From assembly GCA_964016885.1 (NCBI GenBank), contig OZ024743.1, forward strand, positions 98,394,001 to 98,458,000: a stretch of DNA of 64,000 nucleotides, in the 5' to 3' direction. A program made the translations under genes and the position numbers. This document shows, one piece after another, positions 24,300-38,313 of the stretch (its first letter is position 1; each line of letters opens with the position of its first letter). Source of the stretch: Eledone cirrhosa. Lineage: Eukaryota. The notes beneath the pieces are model-generated. The model saw only the letters and a program-made list of their open reading frames with translations, did no database searches and was not told the DNA's origin.

Positions 24300-25387
24300 G
24301 GGCATGATTTAACAATAAACGAAAATACAAGATTTGTTTTGTTTAAGAAATTACGATAGAGAAAATGCGGTGATAGGGAAAATATGATTTTTAGAGAAAA
24401 GATATGATATATAGTGGTGAAAATATGATATAGTGTGAATTTAGGACATAGAAGTGATTGAATGAATGGGTTCGAATGGAGAGAAGAATCGAGAAAAAAT
24501 TTGGGGCATAATTTAACAATAAACGAAAATACAAGATTTGTTTTGTTTAAGAAAATACGGTAGAGAAAATGCGGTGATAGGGGAAATATGATTTTTAGAG
24601 AAAAGATATGATATATAATGGTGAAAATATGATATAGTGTGAATTTAGGACATAGAAGTGATTGAATGAATGGGTTCGAATGGAGAGAAGAATCGAGAAA
24701 AAATTTTGGGCATAATTTAACAATAAACGAAAATACAAGATTTGTTTTGTTTAAGAAAATACGGTAGAGAAAATGCGGTGATAGGGGAAATATGATTTTT
24801 AGAATGATTTTTAGAGAAAAGATATGATATATAATGGTGAAAATATGATATAGTGTGAATTTAGGACATAGAAGTGATTGAATAAATGGGTTCGAATGGA
24901 GAGAAGAATCGAGAAAAAATTTTTGGGCATAATTTAACAATAAACGAAAATACAAGATTTGTTTTGTTTAAGAAAATACGGTAGAGAAAATGCGGTGATA
25001 GGGGAAATATGATTTTTAGAGAAAAGATATGATATATAATGGTGAAAATATGATATAGTGTGAATTTAGGACATAGAAGTGATTGAATGAATGGGTTCGA
25101 ATGGAGAGAAGAATCGAGAAAAAATTTTGGGCATAATTTAACAATAAACGAAAATACAAGATTTGTTTTGTTTAAGAAAATACGGTAGAGAAAATGCGGT
25201 GATAGGGGAAATATGATTTTTAGAGAAAAGATATGATATATAATGGTGAAAATATGATATAGTGTGAATTTAGGACATAGAAGTGATTGAATGAATGGGT
25301 TCGAATGGAGAGAAGAATCGAGAAAAAATTTTGGGCATAATTTAACAATAAACGAAAATACAAGATTTGTTTTGTTTAAGAAAATAT
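24300..25387 (-). repeat. Tandem array of 204-bp monomers (~5.3 copies)
   Basis: gggcat starts at 24300, 24504, 24708, 24925, 25129 and 25333 (one unit has 13 extra bp). Confidence 0.96.
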
Positions 25388-25426
25388 ATTTATATATATT
25401 TATATATATATATATATATATAAATA

Positions 25427-25468
<42 letters not shown>

Positions 25469-25603
25469 TATTTATATATATATATATATATATAAATATA
25501 TAAATATAAATAAATATATATATATATATATATATAAATATATATATATATAAATATATATATAAATATATATATAAATATATATATAAATATATATATA
25601 AAT

Positions 25604-25634
<31 letters not shown>

Positions 25635-25753
25635 AATATATATAAATATAAATATATATAAATATAAATATATATAAATATAAATATATATATATATAAA
25701 TATATATATATAAAAATATATATATATAAAAATATATATATATAAAAATATAT

Positions 25754-25788
<35 letters not shown>

Positions 25789-25793
25789 AATAA

Positions 25794-25824
<31 letters not shown>

Positions 25825-25865
25825 TATATATATATATAAATATAAATATATATAAATATATATAT

Positions 25866-26507
25866 ATCATCATCATCATCAACGTTTAACGTCATCAACG
25901 TTTAACGTCCGTGTTCCACGCTTGCATGGGTTTGGACGGGGGTAGTCCCACTTGAGGCAAGAGTGATTGTCTTGCTCGCATAGGACTGTCTGGCAGGTTT
26001 TCTACAGTTGGATGCCCTTCCTAACACCAACCACATTTACAGTGTGGGTCTGGGAGGTTTTTACCGTGTTGCCTACACGGCCACATTACAGCGTGGACTG
26101 TGTGTTTTTTGTCGTGACACCTACACGATCTCATTTGTTTCGGCCTGGATGGTGTGGCACCAACACAACTTTACATAGAACGGGGTGGCGTGGATGGGGT
26201 GGGGGTGGTGGGACGGGGGGGGGGGGGTAGAGATGCCTACTGGTTGTAGTAGGTTTTACTATGTATTTAGGTAAGGCGGGTCTTCTCTGTTACTGAGTAC
26301 CGCCAAAGGTCTCGGTCCAGTGACATTGTCTTGGAGAGGTGTAAGTGTGTGAGGTCAGAGTTTATCAGCTCGTCCCAGGTTTTTCTAGGTCTGCCTATTC
26401 TGTGGCTACCGTCTATCTTTATTGCCCTGCACTTTGTTATACAGCTATCGACTTTCATGCGCATCACGTGTCCATACCAACGTAGCCTTCTCTCGAGTAA
26501 ACAACAT
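25866..26507 (-). mobile_element. RTE family A 3' fragment
   Basis: [20 protein letters not shown], 3' UTR, (ATG)n tail with a duplicated terminal 16-mer. Confidence 0.93.
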
Positions 26508-26519
26508 ATATATAAATAT

Positions 26520-29421
26520 ATCATCATCATCATCATCATCACCGTTTTACGTCCGTTCTTCCACGCTAGCATGGGTTAGACGGGTTGTCCTGTTGTGGGC
26601 AGTGTCTGGTCGGCTGACCATGCCTTGCTCATACAGGAACTGATCTGGCTTGATTTCTACAGCTGGATGCCCTTCCTAACACCAACCTCATTTACAGTGA
26701 GTGCTGGGTGCTTTTTCGTGGCGCCTACACGTCCACTTTACAGTGTGGGCTGGGTGCTTTTTTGCCGTGGCACCTCCACGACCACCTTGCGGTGGGGGGG
26801 GGGGGGGGGCATATTGTTTATATGCTTCAGCATGTACCCATGGGAGGTCGGGTACCCTGTATTACTGCGTGACGCCAGAAGTCACGGTCGTGTGTCATTG
26901 ACTTTGAGAGGTGTAGTTGGGTAAGGTCGGCTTTTATCACCTCATCCCAAGTCATCTTGGGTCTCCCCACTCCGCGGTTTCCATCAACTTCTAGTGCTCT
27001 GCACCTTTTTATGCAGCTGTCATCCTTCATACGCATCACATGTCCATACCAGCGTAACCGCCTCTCCTGCACGCAGCATTTGATTCCTCTTATGCTCAGT
27101 CTCTCTCTCAATTCCTTTATGCTTTGTCGTTCACGTATATTACTGTTACACATCCATCGGAGCATGCAGGCTTCGTTTCTCTCTAATCTACGTAAGTCTT
27201 CCACCTTCAGCGCCCAGGTCTCACTACCATGCAACATCGCTGTTCGGATACACGCATCATACAGTCTGCCTTTCATTCTGAGGGAGAAGCCTTTTGCAGC
27301 TAGCAGTGGTAGTAGTTCCCTAAACTTCTTCCATCCCGTTCTTACCCTAGTTATTGTACTTTCTGAGCACCCACCTCCGTTGCTAATTCGGTCACCTAGG
27401 TAGCAGAAGCTGTCTACTGTTTCTACAGGGCCCTCCCAGAGATTGGTGGTACTTGTTTCCTGTGGCTGTTTGCTTGCTGTTTCAGCACAGCTGCTGCATG
27501 TGAATCCTACATTCTTAATTAAGCTTCCTGAGATCCCGCTACATCTCTTGTGTACCCATTGTTTGCATTTGGGGCAGAGAATGGAGTTCCTACCTACACC
27601 TTTCCTACATACTGAGCAAGGCCATTTCCCTGAGGGGATCTGGGTTCTGTTTTCTCGTCTACTTATAAGGACCTTAGTCTTTGTCATGTTGACTTTGAGG
27701 CCCTTTCTCTCTAGTCCCTGCTTCCAGGTTTGGAATTTATTCTCTAGTTCTACCATAGATTCAGCTATGAGTGCGAGGTCATCAGCATACAGGAGTTCCC
27801 ATGGGCATCCGGTCTTAAACTCCTCCGTTATTGCCTGCAGGACTATGATGAACAGGAGAGGGCTAAGAACAGAGCCCTGGTGGACCCCAACCTGTACGCT
27901 AAATTCCTCGCTATACTCATTGCCAATCCTAACTTTGCTGACTGCTCCCCTATACATGGCTTGTACCGCTTTCACAAGCCATTCATCTACTCCTAGTTTT
28001 CTAAGAGCCCACCAGATTACTGCACGTGGAACTCTGTCAAAGGCTTTCTCAAGGTCGACAAATGCCAAGTAGAGTGGCTTACTTTTAGCTAGGTACTTTT
28101 CCTGTAATTGCCTCACAAGGAAGAGGGCATCAGTGGTGCCTTTCCCTGGTACAAACCCAAATTGCATCTCGTCTATATTCACCCGGTCCCTAATCAGCTG
28201 TGCTATAACTCTTTCTGTTACTTTCATGACCTGGTCCATCAACTTTATACCTCTATAGTTTCCTCTATCTAGTGCATCGCCTTTACCTTTGTAGCAGTTG
28301 ACAATGATGCTACTGCACCAATCTTTTGGTATGGCCCCCTCTAGTATTACCTGGTTAACGATACGTGTGGTTATAGTGTGACCTACAGACCCAGATGCCT
28401 TCAGCATCTCGGCAGCTATACCCGATGGACCGGTTGCCTTCCCTATCTTCATATCTCTGATTGCCTTACTTACTACGCTGCCGCTGACTTGTACTGCTGG
28501 TCCCTCTATAGGGTCTACGTGGGGTAGGGTCTCTTCTTCCCATGCATTCTCCTCATTTAGTAATCTATCATAATGACTCTTCCATGCATCTTTCTTCTCA
28601 GCACTTGTGAGGGCAAGCTCACCTTTATCATTCCGGATACACTTCTCTCCAATGACATCACAACTATCTCTGACACACTGCCTCGCAATCTTGAATACCT
28701 CCTGTTTCTGGTCCTCACGTTGTAAAACATGCTTGAATTTTCTATCCTCTGCTTCCCTCCTAGCTAAGTATACTTGTCGCCTAGCTTCCCTCTTGGTCTC
28801 TATGTAATGTACCCTGCTCCCCCCGTTCTTCCATTCTTTCCATGCCTGTCTCTTGGCCTTGACTGCTTCATCTACCTTATTGTTCCACCACCAAGTCACT
28901 CTCCTCCTGCTTGAGGTCTTACTCCAGCCACAAACCTCATCCGTCGCCTCTAGTAAGTTATTTTTTAGGAACTCCCAGTTCTCTTCTACGTTAAATGTCT
29001 CTATCTGTTCTTTACTGTCGTAGGCGTTGAGTAAAATATCTTTAAATCTGTTACTGGTTGAGGGGACTTTCAGCTTCCAGATCTTTCTTCTCCAGGTTGG
29101 CCTCTGTTTCAGGGCTCGTCTAGTTCTGACCGTGAGGTCGCTGACAACTAAGCTATGTTGGGATGTACATTCCTCACTAGGGAAGGCTTTTGTGTTTACG
29201 ACCGTCCATCTGTCACGTCCTCTGATGAGGATAAAATCTAACTGACTAGAGTGCTCCCCTGATCTATAGGTGATCAGGTGGTTGTCGGGTTTTTTAAAGT
29301 TTGTGTTACATATCGACATGTCATTGGCGTCGCAGAATTCTAGAAGTCTGAATCATTCCTCATTCCTTGTGCCAACTCCATGGCCTCCATGTACTCTATT
29401 GAAGCCGTCGCAGTGTTTACC
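26520..29421 (-). mobile_element. RTE family C, 5'-truncated within APE; RT ORF open (26827-29319)
   Basis: 830-aa ORF with RT motifs and the same PHD-like insert; distinct shorter 3' UTR; (ATG)n tail. Confidence 0.94.
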
Positions 29422-29422
29422 T

Positions 29423-29457
<35 letters not shown>

Positions 29458-29540
29458 GTATATATAAATATATATATATATATAAATATATATAAATAAA
29501 TATATATATATATTATATATAAATATATATATATATATAT

Positions 29541-29574
<34 letters not shown>

Positions 29575-29783
29575 AATATATATAAATATAAATATATATA
29601 TATATAAATATATATATATAAATATATATATATAAATATATATAAATATATATATATATATATAAATATATATAAATATATATAAATATATATATATATA
29701 AATATATATATATATAAATATATATATATATAAATATATATATATATAAATATATATATATATAAATATATATATATATAAAT

Positions 29784-29850
<67 letters not shown>

Positions 29851-29951
29851 AATATATATATATATAAATATATAAATATATATATATATATAAATATATA
29901 TATATAAATATATTATATAAATATATATATATATAAATATATTATATAAAT

Positions 29952-30006
<55 letters not shown>

Positions 30007-30025
30007 AATATATATATATATAAAT

Positions 30026-30064
<39 letters not shown>

Positions 30065-30678
30065 TATAAATATATAAATATATATATATATATAAATATA
30101 TATATATAAATATATATATATATAAATATAAATATATATATATAAATATATATATATATAAATATAAATATATATAAATATATATATATATAAATATATA
30201 TAAATATAAATATATATATATATAAATATAAATATATATATATATAAATATATATATATAAATATATATATATATAAATATAAATATATATAAATATAAA
30301 TATATATATATATAAATATATATATATAAATATATATATATATAAATATATATATATATAAATATATATATATAAATATATATAATATATATAAATATAT
30401 ATATATATAAATATATATATATATAAATATATATATATATAAATATATATATATATAAATATATATATATATAAATATATAAATATATATATATATATAA
30501 ATATATATATATATAAATATATAAATATATATATATATAAATATAAATATATATAAATATATATATATAAATATATATAAATATAAATATATAAATATAA
30601 ATATATATATATATAAATATATTATATAAATATATATATATATAAATATATATATATATAAATATATTATATAAATAT

Positions 30679-30741
<63 letters not shown>

Positions 30742-30744
30742 AAT

Positions 30745-30779
<35 letters not shown>

Positions 30780-30938
30780 AATATAAATATATATAAATAT
30801 AAATATATAAATATAAATATATATAAATATAAATATATATATATAAATATATATATATATAAATATATATATATATAAATATATATAAATATATATATAT
30901 ATAAATATATATATATATAAATATATATATATATAAAT

Positions 30939-30969
<31 letters not shown>

Positions 30970-31149
30970 AATATATATATATATAAATATATAAATATAT
31001 ATAAATATATATATATAAATATATATAAATATAAATATATAAATATAAATATATATATATATAAATATATTATATAAATATATATATATATAAATATATT
31101 ATATAAATATATATATATATAAATATAAATAAATATATATAAGTATATA

Positions 31150-31183
<34 letters not shown>

Positions 31184-31533
31184 AATATACATATATAAAT
31201 ATATATAAATATATAAATATAAATATATATATATAAATATAAATATATATATATATAAATATACATATATAAATATAAATATATATAAATATATAAATAT
31301 AAATATATATATATAAATATAAATATATATATATATAAATATATAAATATAAATATATATAAATATATAAATATAAATATATATAAATATATAAATATAA
31401 ATATATATATATAAATATAAATATATATATATAAATATAAATATATATATATAAATATATAAATATAAATATATATAAATATAAATATATATAAATATAA
31501 ATATATATATATAAATATATATATATAAATATA

Positions 31534-31585
<52 letters not shown>

Positions 31586-31644
31586 TATATATATAAATAT
31601 ATATATATAAATATATATATATATAAATATATATATATATAAAT

Positions 31645-31703
<59 letters not shown>

Positions 31704-31722
31704 AATATATATATATATAAAT

Positions 31723-31753
<31 letters not shown>

Positions 31754-31770
31754 CATATATATAAATATAT

Positions 31771-31801
<31 letters not shown>

Positions 31802-31820
31802 AATATATATATATATAAAT

Positions 31821-31851
<31 letters not shown>

Positions 31852-32184
31852 CATATATATAAATATATATATATATTATATAAATATATATATATATATA
31901 AATATATATATATAAATATATATAAATATATATATATAAATATATATATATATAAATATATATATATATAAATATATATATATAAATATATATATATATA
32001 AATATATATAAATATAAATTATATAAATATAAATATATATATATATAAATATAAATATATATATATATAAATATAAATATATATATATAAATACAAATAT
32101 ATATATATATAAATATATATATATAAATATATATATATAAATATATATAAATATATATATATATAAATATATATATATATAAAT

Positions 32185-32239
<55 letters not shown>

Positions 32240-32403
32240 AATATATATATATATAAATATATAAATATATATATATATATAAATATATATATATAAATAT
32301 ATATAAATATAAATATATAAATATAAATATATATATATATAAATATATTATATAAATATATATATATATAAATATATATATATATAAACATATTTATATA
32401 AAT

Positions 32404-32436
<33 letters not shown>

Positions 32437-32519
32437 AATATATAAATATATATAAATATATAATATATATATATATAAATATAAATAAATATATATAAGT
32501 ATATAAATATATATATATA

Positions 32520-32553
<34 letters not shown>

Positions 32554-33011
32554 AATATACATATATAAATATATAAATATAAATATATATAAATATATAT
32601 ATATAAATATAAATAAATATAAATATATATAAATATATATATATAATATAAATATATATAAATATAAATATATATAAATATATAAATATAAATATATATA
32701 TATAAATATATATATATAAATATATATATATAAATATATATATATAAATATATATATATAAATATATAAATATAAATATATATAAATATATGAATATAAA
32801 TATATATAAATATAAATATATATAAATATAAATATATATATATAAATATAAATATATATATATAAATATATATATATAAATATATATATATATAAATTTA
32901 TATATATAAATACATATATATATAAATATATATATATATAAATATATATATATATAAATATATATATAAATATATATATATATACATATATATAATATAT
33001 ATATATATATA
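29422..33011. repeat. ~3.6-kb (TA)n/(TAAA) composite tract
   Basis: Directly visible. Confidence 0.97.
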
Positions 33012-33262
33012 CAAGTGAGATCTTGTAGGTGTCACGACAAAAAACACAGTCCTCGCTGTAATGTGGGCCGTGTAGGGCAACACGGTAAAAACCTCCCAGT
33101 CCACACTGTAAATGTGGTTGGTGTTAGGAAGGGCATCCAGCTGGAGAAAACCCGCCAGACAGTCCTATGCGAGCAAGAAAACCACTCTTGCGTCAAGTGG
33201 GAAAACCCCCGTCCAAACCCATGCAAGCATGGAACATGGACGTTAACAATGATGATGATGAT
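33012..33262 (+). mobile_element. RTE family A 3' UTR-only fragment
   Basis: Reverse complement of the family A 3' UTR, ending ggacgttaacaatgatgatgatg. Confidence 0.9.
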
Positions 33263-33401
33263 AAATATATAAATATATATATATAAATATATATATATAA
33301 TATATAATATATATATATATATATAAATAATATATATATATATATATAAATATATATATAAATATATATATAAATATATATATAAATATATATATAAATA
33401 T

Positions 33402-33434
<33 letters not shown>

Positions 33435-33481
33435 AATATATATATAAATATATATATATAAATATATATATAAATAAATAT

Positions 33482-33528
<47 letters not shown>

Positions 33529-33703
33529 TATATATATATTTATATATAAATATATATATAAATATATATATATATATAAATATATATATAAATATATATA
33601 TAAATATATATATAAATAGATATATAAATAGATATATAAATATATATATAAATATAAATATATATATAAATATATATATATATATAAATATATATATAAA
33701 TAT

Positions 33704-33736
<33 letters not shown>

Positions 33737-33775
33737 AATATATATATAAATATATATATATAAATATATATATAA

Positions 33776-33806
<31 letters not shown>

Positions 33807-33851
33807 AATATAAATATATATATAAATATATATATATAAATATATATATAA

Positions 33852-33900
<49 letters not shown>

Positions 33901-33917
33901 AATATATATATAAATAT

Positions 33918-33950
<33 letters not shown>

Positions 33951-33953
33951 AAT

Positions 33954-33988
<35 letters not shown>

Positions 33989-34213
33989 AATATATATATA
34001 AATATATATATATAAATATATATATAAATATATATATAAATATATATATAAATATATATATATAAATATATATATAAATATATATATATAAATATATAAA
34101 TATATATATATAAATATATATAAATATATATATATAAATATATATAAATATAAATATATAAATATATATAAATATATATATATAAATATAAATATATAAA
34201 TATATAAATATAA

Positions 34214-34304
<91 letters not shown>

Positions 34305-34423
34305 AAAATATATATAAATATATATATAAATATATAAATATATATATAAATATATATAAATATATATATATAAATATATATATATAAATATATACATATA
34401 AATATATATATATAAATATATAC

Positions 34424-34462
<39 letters not shown>

Positions 34463-34467
34463 TATAG
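33263..34467. repeat. (TA)n/(TAAA) tract
   Basis: Directly visible. Confidence 0.97.
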
Positions 34468-34760
34468 TATTTACGTATCGAGAAAGAGAGAAAAAAAGGA
34501 GGGATAGGTGATACATATAGTTATTTGCCAAGTAGCGTATGCCAAATGTGCTCGATACTAGTGCCGGCAGTATTAAATATTCGAAGTGTTAATATTTAGT
34601 GGGCTAGAGAGTTAGCAGAGCGTAAGCACGTGGGAAAGTGAAAAATCGGAGAATAGACCGTTAAAACATGTTTATTTAAAATATCACCTATGTACGTTTC
34701 GCCCAGTTGGGCTTCTCAAGGGCATAAACAATCACAAGTGTTCCTTATATAGTTCGGAAA
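34468..34760 (-). mobile_element. Short PLE 3'-end (pLTR) fragment with hammerhead
   Basis: Shares atgcccttgaNaagccc..gggcgaaacgtacataggtg..taaacatgttttaacggt with 7256-7326; sits between TA tracts. Confidence 0.75.
34684..34726 (-). ncRNA. Minimal type I hammerhead ribozyme, U3-A8 variant
   Basis: Minus: atgccc TTGAGAA gccc-aact-gggc GAAA c-gtac-a TA ggtg. Confidence 0.68.
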
Positions 34761-34861
34761 TATAAATAAATATATATATATATATATATATATAAATATA
34801 AATATATATAAATATATATAAATATATAAATATATATATATAAATATGTAAATATATATAA

Positions 34862-34894
<33 letters not shown>

Positions 34895-34980
34895 AATATA
34901 TAAATATAAATATATATAAATATATAAATATAAATATATAAATATATATATAAATATATAAATATATATATATATATATA

Positions 34981-35036
<56 letters not shown>

Positions 35037-35043
35037 AATATAA

Positions 35044-35096
<53 letters not shown>

Positions 35097-35163
35097 AATA
35101 TATAAATATATAAATATAAATATATATATAAATATATAAATAAATATATATATATATATAAAT

Positions 35164-35194
<31 letters not shown>

Positions 35195-35224
35195 AATATA
35201 TATATATATAAATATATATATATA

Positions 35225-35256
<32 letters not shown>

Positions 35257-35316
35257 AATATATATATATATAAATATATAAATATATAAATATATATAAA
35301 TATATATATATATATA

Positions 35317-35366
<50 letters not shown>

Positions 35367-35425
35367 AATATATATAAATATATAAATATATATATAAATA
35401 TATATAAATATATATATATATATAA

Positions 35426-35456
<31 letters not shown>

Positions 35457-35587
35457 AATATATATAAATATATATATATAAATATATATAAATATATATA
35501 TATATATAAATATATAAATATATATATATATATATAAATATATATAAATATATATATATATATAAATATATAAATATATATAAATAT

Positions 35588-35618
<31 letters not shown>

Positions 35619-35621
35619 AAT

Positions 35622-35670
<49 letters not shown>

Positions 35671-35723
35671 AACATATATATATATAAACATATATATATA
35701 TATATAAACATATATACATACAT

Positions 35724-35794
<71 letters not shown>

Positions 35795-35797
35795 AAT

Positions 35798-35828
<31 letters not shown>

Positions 35829-35831
35829 AAT

Positions 35832-35866
<35 letters not shown>

Positions 35867-35869
35867 AAT

Positions 35870-35942
<73 letters not shown>

Positions 35943-35945
35943 AAT

Positions 35946-35996
<51 letters not shown>

Positions 35997-36005
35997 AATA
36001 TATAT
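34761..36005. repeat. (TA)n/(TAAA) tract
   Basis: Directly visible. Confidence 0.97.
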
Positions 36006-36206
36006 AGTATTAGTTATACTATTTATGGTTATGTAAACACAAAACCTTAAGCAGTTGTAAGTATTTTACACACACCCTAAATAGTGGTAGGCAGTAATGT
36101 ATTACTACCTTATTACCAGTAAGTTAAGTAGCTCAATGTAAAAACATCAGATGATTTACAGAGCAGTTATATGAAATATAAGAATCAAAGAACTGTTCAA
36201 AACATT

Positions 36207-36260
36207 ATTGTGCTTACAGCTGTTTCCTCCAAACCGAGGTTTGGATTCTTCGGAGCAATT
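36207..36260 (-). ncRNA. Hammerhead motif (inverted copy of 41558-41610)
   Basis: Reverse complement of the 41558 motif. Confidence 0.68.
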
Positions 36261-38313
36261 TATTAATGCATGGACAGTTATATGACCTCCCTTTCAGCCG
36301 AGAGACATACCAATACATATTCAAACATTGATACATATTCAAACATTGTGGGTCAACATTCATTACAGAATTTAGAGTGGCAGTACACACTTCGAGATTA
36401 CATTTATATTAATAGGTACAATCAAAAATCAAAGATATAGGTTAAAGTACAACATGAAGATAAGTGGTTATATAGTGCAAATGTTATATGTGTGGCACGC
36501 ATGTGCGTCTTGTTTATATAGTGTGGCAGAGAGATATGTGTGGTAGAGGCACTTAGGTAGGTAAATAAGAGTGTTAGGTTGGTAGATCTGGTGGCAAAGT
36601 CTTTATATGATTGATATAGTCTGTGTGTGGAGAAATATTATAAGCATTAAAGATAGTGCAAGCATTAAAAGTGTTATAAGTATTGGAGATGCACAGCGCA
36701 GGGATGTCAAGTAATTCATGTACATCGGTATTTTCATGGTCAAGGGAGTGTATATTTCGATTATATGCCTTTCACATAATCCACGACAATCCAGTTAGAG
36801 ATCGTAGTCTGGTGTTCTTTAGTTCGATACAGGAGGTTGTTACGTTTCGAGAGACGCCATTGAATACCTGAAGTGTGTGTGTGGCTAAGGGGAGTTAATG
36901 CATGCGGGGAGGTAACTCTGGGGTTTCTATATCTAGCCATTAAAATGTGTCCCAATATAGACCCTAAATTCTATGGTGAGGTGCACCTTCCAAGAGAGAC
37001 TTTTAAAGCATAAAGTGTACTAACTATAGAGTAGTTTAACTAAATTATGCTGAAGTTGATCATATTATTATTAAGGTGGATTAACCCATCTTAAGGTGCT
37101 ACAAATGGAAATTATAGATGATGAGCGAGGATTCTAAATTAATGATCTCTGTGGTTGTAGTCTGCTCATATGACCAGGCGCGGTGATTGCAGGATTGCTT
37201 CAGGACCCAATGATCTCTGGTAAGATCTGGGTCATCGCTTGCTACATTGGATGTCGAAAGATAATCATCCCCAGGCAGGCCAAAGGTCAATCCGCAGTCC
37301 TCGCGACCCCTCTCTGACCGTCAGATCATCCATATACGTACAACCCGCACGGCAGTTGCATTGCATTCACTCACTGCGCTCAGCAGCCTGGTCCTACTGG
37401 TCAACAGCGCTACTCGATTAAATCATTTTACATCTGTCTAAGGAAGGTGTTTCCTCTGCCCAACACCATCCAACCGATCAATTCATGCTCAAATTACCCT
37501 TAGAGCGGTGTAGTGCCGTCCAGGTGGGTGGATGTTGTCACACCTGCCGTAGAGGTATAAATGGGTATTTTCCCTGCGAAGGGTTCCAGAGGGATGTCGT
37601 TGTTTGTGTTATAATGGATCAGCTAGTGTTGGGTATGTAGTATAGGGTGTGTCTCTGGTGTTTGATGCTAGATGTGGTGTTAGGTTCCAGTCCGACATTG
37701 CTATATATAGGGCTTAAAGTTTTGGAAGGAATGTCTGAGGCGGTGCTGGCAAGTTGCAAACACCTCAGATTTTTTGTTAAGTAGGTTACGGTTGGAGAAG
37801 ATAATATTGTGTGTCTCTAGTATACAGAGGTTACAGAATTTATTAGGTGGTTTGTACGAGGTCGCGCTGCCTATCACTTCCCATTTGAGTGTGTATGGTT
37901 TATTTTTAGATTTTAGATAGTGTATGTAGCTAGAAAGTGAGGTGGAGTTGGCTAGGCTGTGCTTTTTGAACGAGTGGATGTGCGAGTTATATCTAATTTT
38001 GAAGCAGTTAGAAGTGGAGCCTACATAGGTTTCTGAAGAGTTATTAGTCGTGACTGTGCATGAGTATATGACATCCTTGGTTAGGCATTTTTTATCTAAA
38101 GGGCAGGTTCTATTAGCTCTACAGTTACAATTATTCTGTGCGTTAGTCCGCTGGTTATAATGCAATGCGGAAGTCTGTGTGGTGGATATAGGATTTTGGG
38201 TGTTCAGGTTGACAACCCTGGTGTTATTACTTATACTAGTGTTATTTCTATTGTTACTGCCGTTGCTATTGTTGCTTGCTACAGTGGTATTTAGAGGGTT
38301 TGCATCCCGTTGC

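Larger units (their letters stand above)
20431..25387 (-). mobile_element. Full-length RTE LINE family A with intact ORF and 5' tandem monomers
   Basis: (ATG)n tail at 20431; ~490-bp 3' UTR with a 112-bp tandem duplication; intact ORF; GC-box/CCAAT region; 204-bp array; flanked by TA tracts. Whether the array belongs to the element is inferred. Confidence 0.93.

Noticed and set aside
24300-25387. Possible CRISPR array
   Set aside because: Contiguous tandem units with no unique spacers, no cas genes, and a eukaryotic context.
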